A DNA stretch of 64,000 nt from Bispira polyomma. Its lineage: Eukaryota. Below the pieces are notes generated by a model. The model was not told the origin of the DNA, made no database searches, and was given only the letters and a program-made list of their open reading frames with translations. Positions 62,964 through 64,000 of the stretch are shown here, piece after piece. The first letter of the stretch is position 1; every line of letters starts with the position of its first letter. Both the position numbers and the translations under genes were made by a program. The stretch is taken from assembly GCA_965649765.1 (NCBI GenBank), contig OZ287755.1, forward strand, positions 43,028,001-43,092,000, given 5' to 3'.

Positions 62964-64000
62964 TTAATTACGTAAATATTATTTTGCATCAAATCAAAAC
63001 CTTTGCCGTAATATCACAGCAGGCAGTTAACTTAAGGTTTTCTGTTTGTTACCACTACACCAGCGAAGCCCCTATTTTGATTTAAACTACCAATGTATTT
63101 TCTTTTGACTGACAAGTTAATCATAACTAAACAAAAGTTTCAATTTATATGACGAATATATGTTGCTCTTAAAAGCTATTGATAAAACCCTGCTGGCAAT
63201 TGAACCCAGAGTTCAAAGACCTGAGATTAAAGTAATATTGAGAGTAATCTACCCTGGAATTTGAACCTAGATAACATTATCCTCCGGACACTTTCTGGCG
63301 TAACAACTGTCAAGACATATTCAATGAAGTTTCAACTTTCCACCATGACATATACATATTGGTATAAAACAATAATATTTACATAAACATAGTATTTCTT
63401 TATTGTGGGATTTAAATTGAATTCAAATTGCATCAACTAAGAGATTGACTAAATGAAGTGACAATATGTTCCAAAATAATTTAAATGATTTTAACTGTAT
63501 TATTATCATTTGATTAAGTAATTATGTTCTAGATGTGTGGATAATTTTTGGAATATAAAGATAGCCTAGATATATAATAAATTAATGGTATTTCTGTAAT
63601 TTAGACTTTCCTGGTCTCCAAATACTTGTAAGTATTTTATTAACCACTCAAAGGTGGGGGTATCATGAAGGAAGTCCAACCTTCACTCATTGTCGCCAGG
63701 ATGAAATAAATACACCATCTTTGCAGGAATTGGTATGATTTAATAAAATTTATATTATTTTTACCGATGTCGACACAGCATAAAACTAACACTGTTATCG
63801 ATACAGTATTTATATGTTCACTACTGCTAATAATACAGTGATCTATCGACTTTGTTTACATATAACCATGGAGGCGGCTCTTGCGACCTCACATAATCTC
63901 AATAGAAGAAATTATTTTATAATTTATTTTACACTACTAAATGTCTTCTTACTAAAAAGAGTGACAAAATATATAATAAATCATGAATTAAATGTATAAA

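Overview
AT-rich animal (probably invertebrate, plausibly mollusc/lophotrochozoan) nuclear DNA. Two spliced host genes lie on the minus strand: the first three coding exons of an unidentified Ser/Lys-rich protein (127-2661) and a complete 5-exon TMED2/p24-beta gene (37945-45623). Between them is a decayed Ty3/Gypsy LTR retrotransposon (about 5543-30294). Its gag is split by a 20.1-kb Maverick/Polinton (adintovirus-like) element (6444-26542) with AGTAGTAGT termini and a perfect GGTACT 6-bp target-site duplication. This Maverick is unusual. I find no protein-primed DNA polymerase. Its inverted repeats are about 4.3 kb long and carry genes: both ends are copies of the same end, with a capsid C-terminal half, adenain protease, a two-BIR IAP-like gene and two further ORFs. 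Its integrase has an in-frame deletion in the catalytic core, and it encloses about 5.5 kb of host-like DNA containing older SINE/LINE relics. The rest of the window is MITEs (MULE-, hAT-, Tc1/mariner-, PIF-like), Helentron-like elements with tandem arrays, L2-like LINE remnants, SINEs and a 167-bp satellite just upstream of TMED2. All calls were made by eye; no searches were run.
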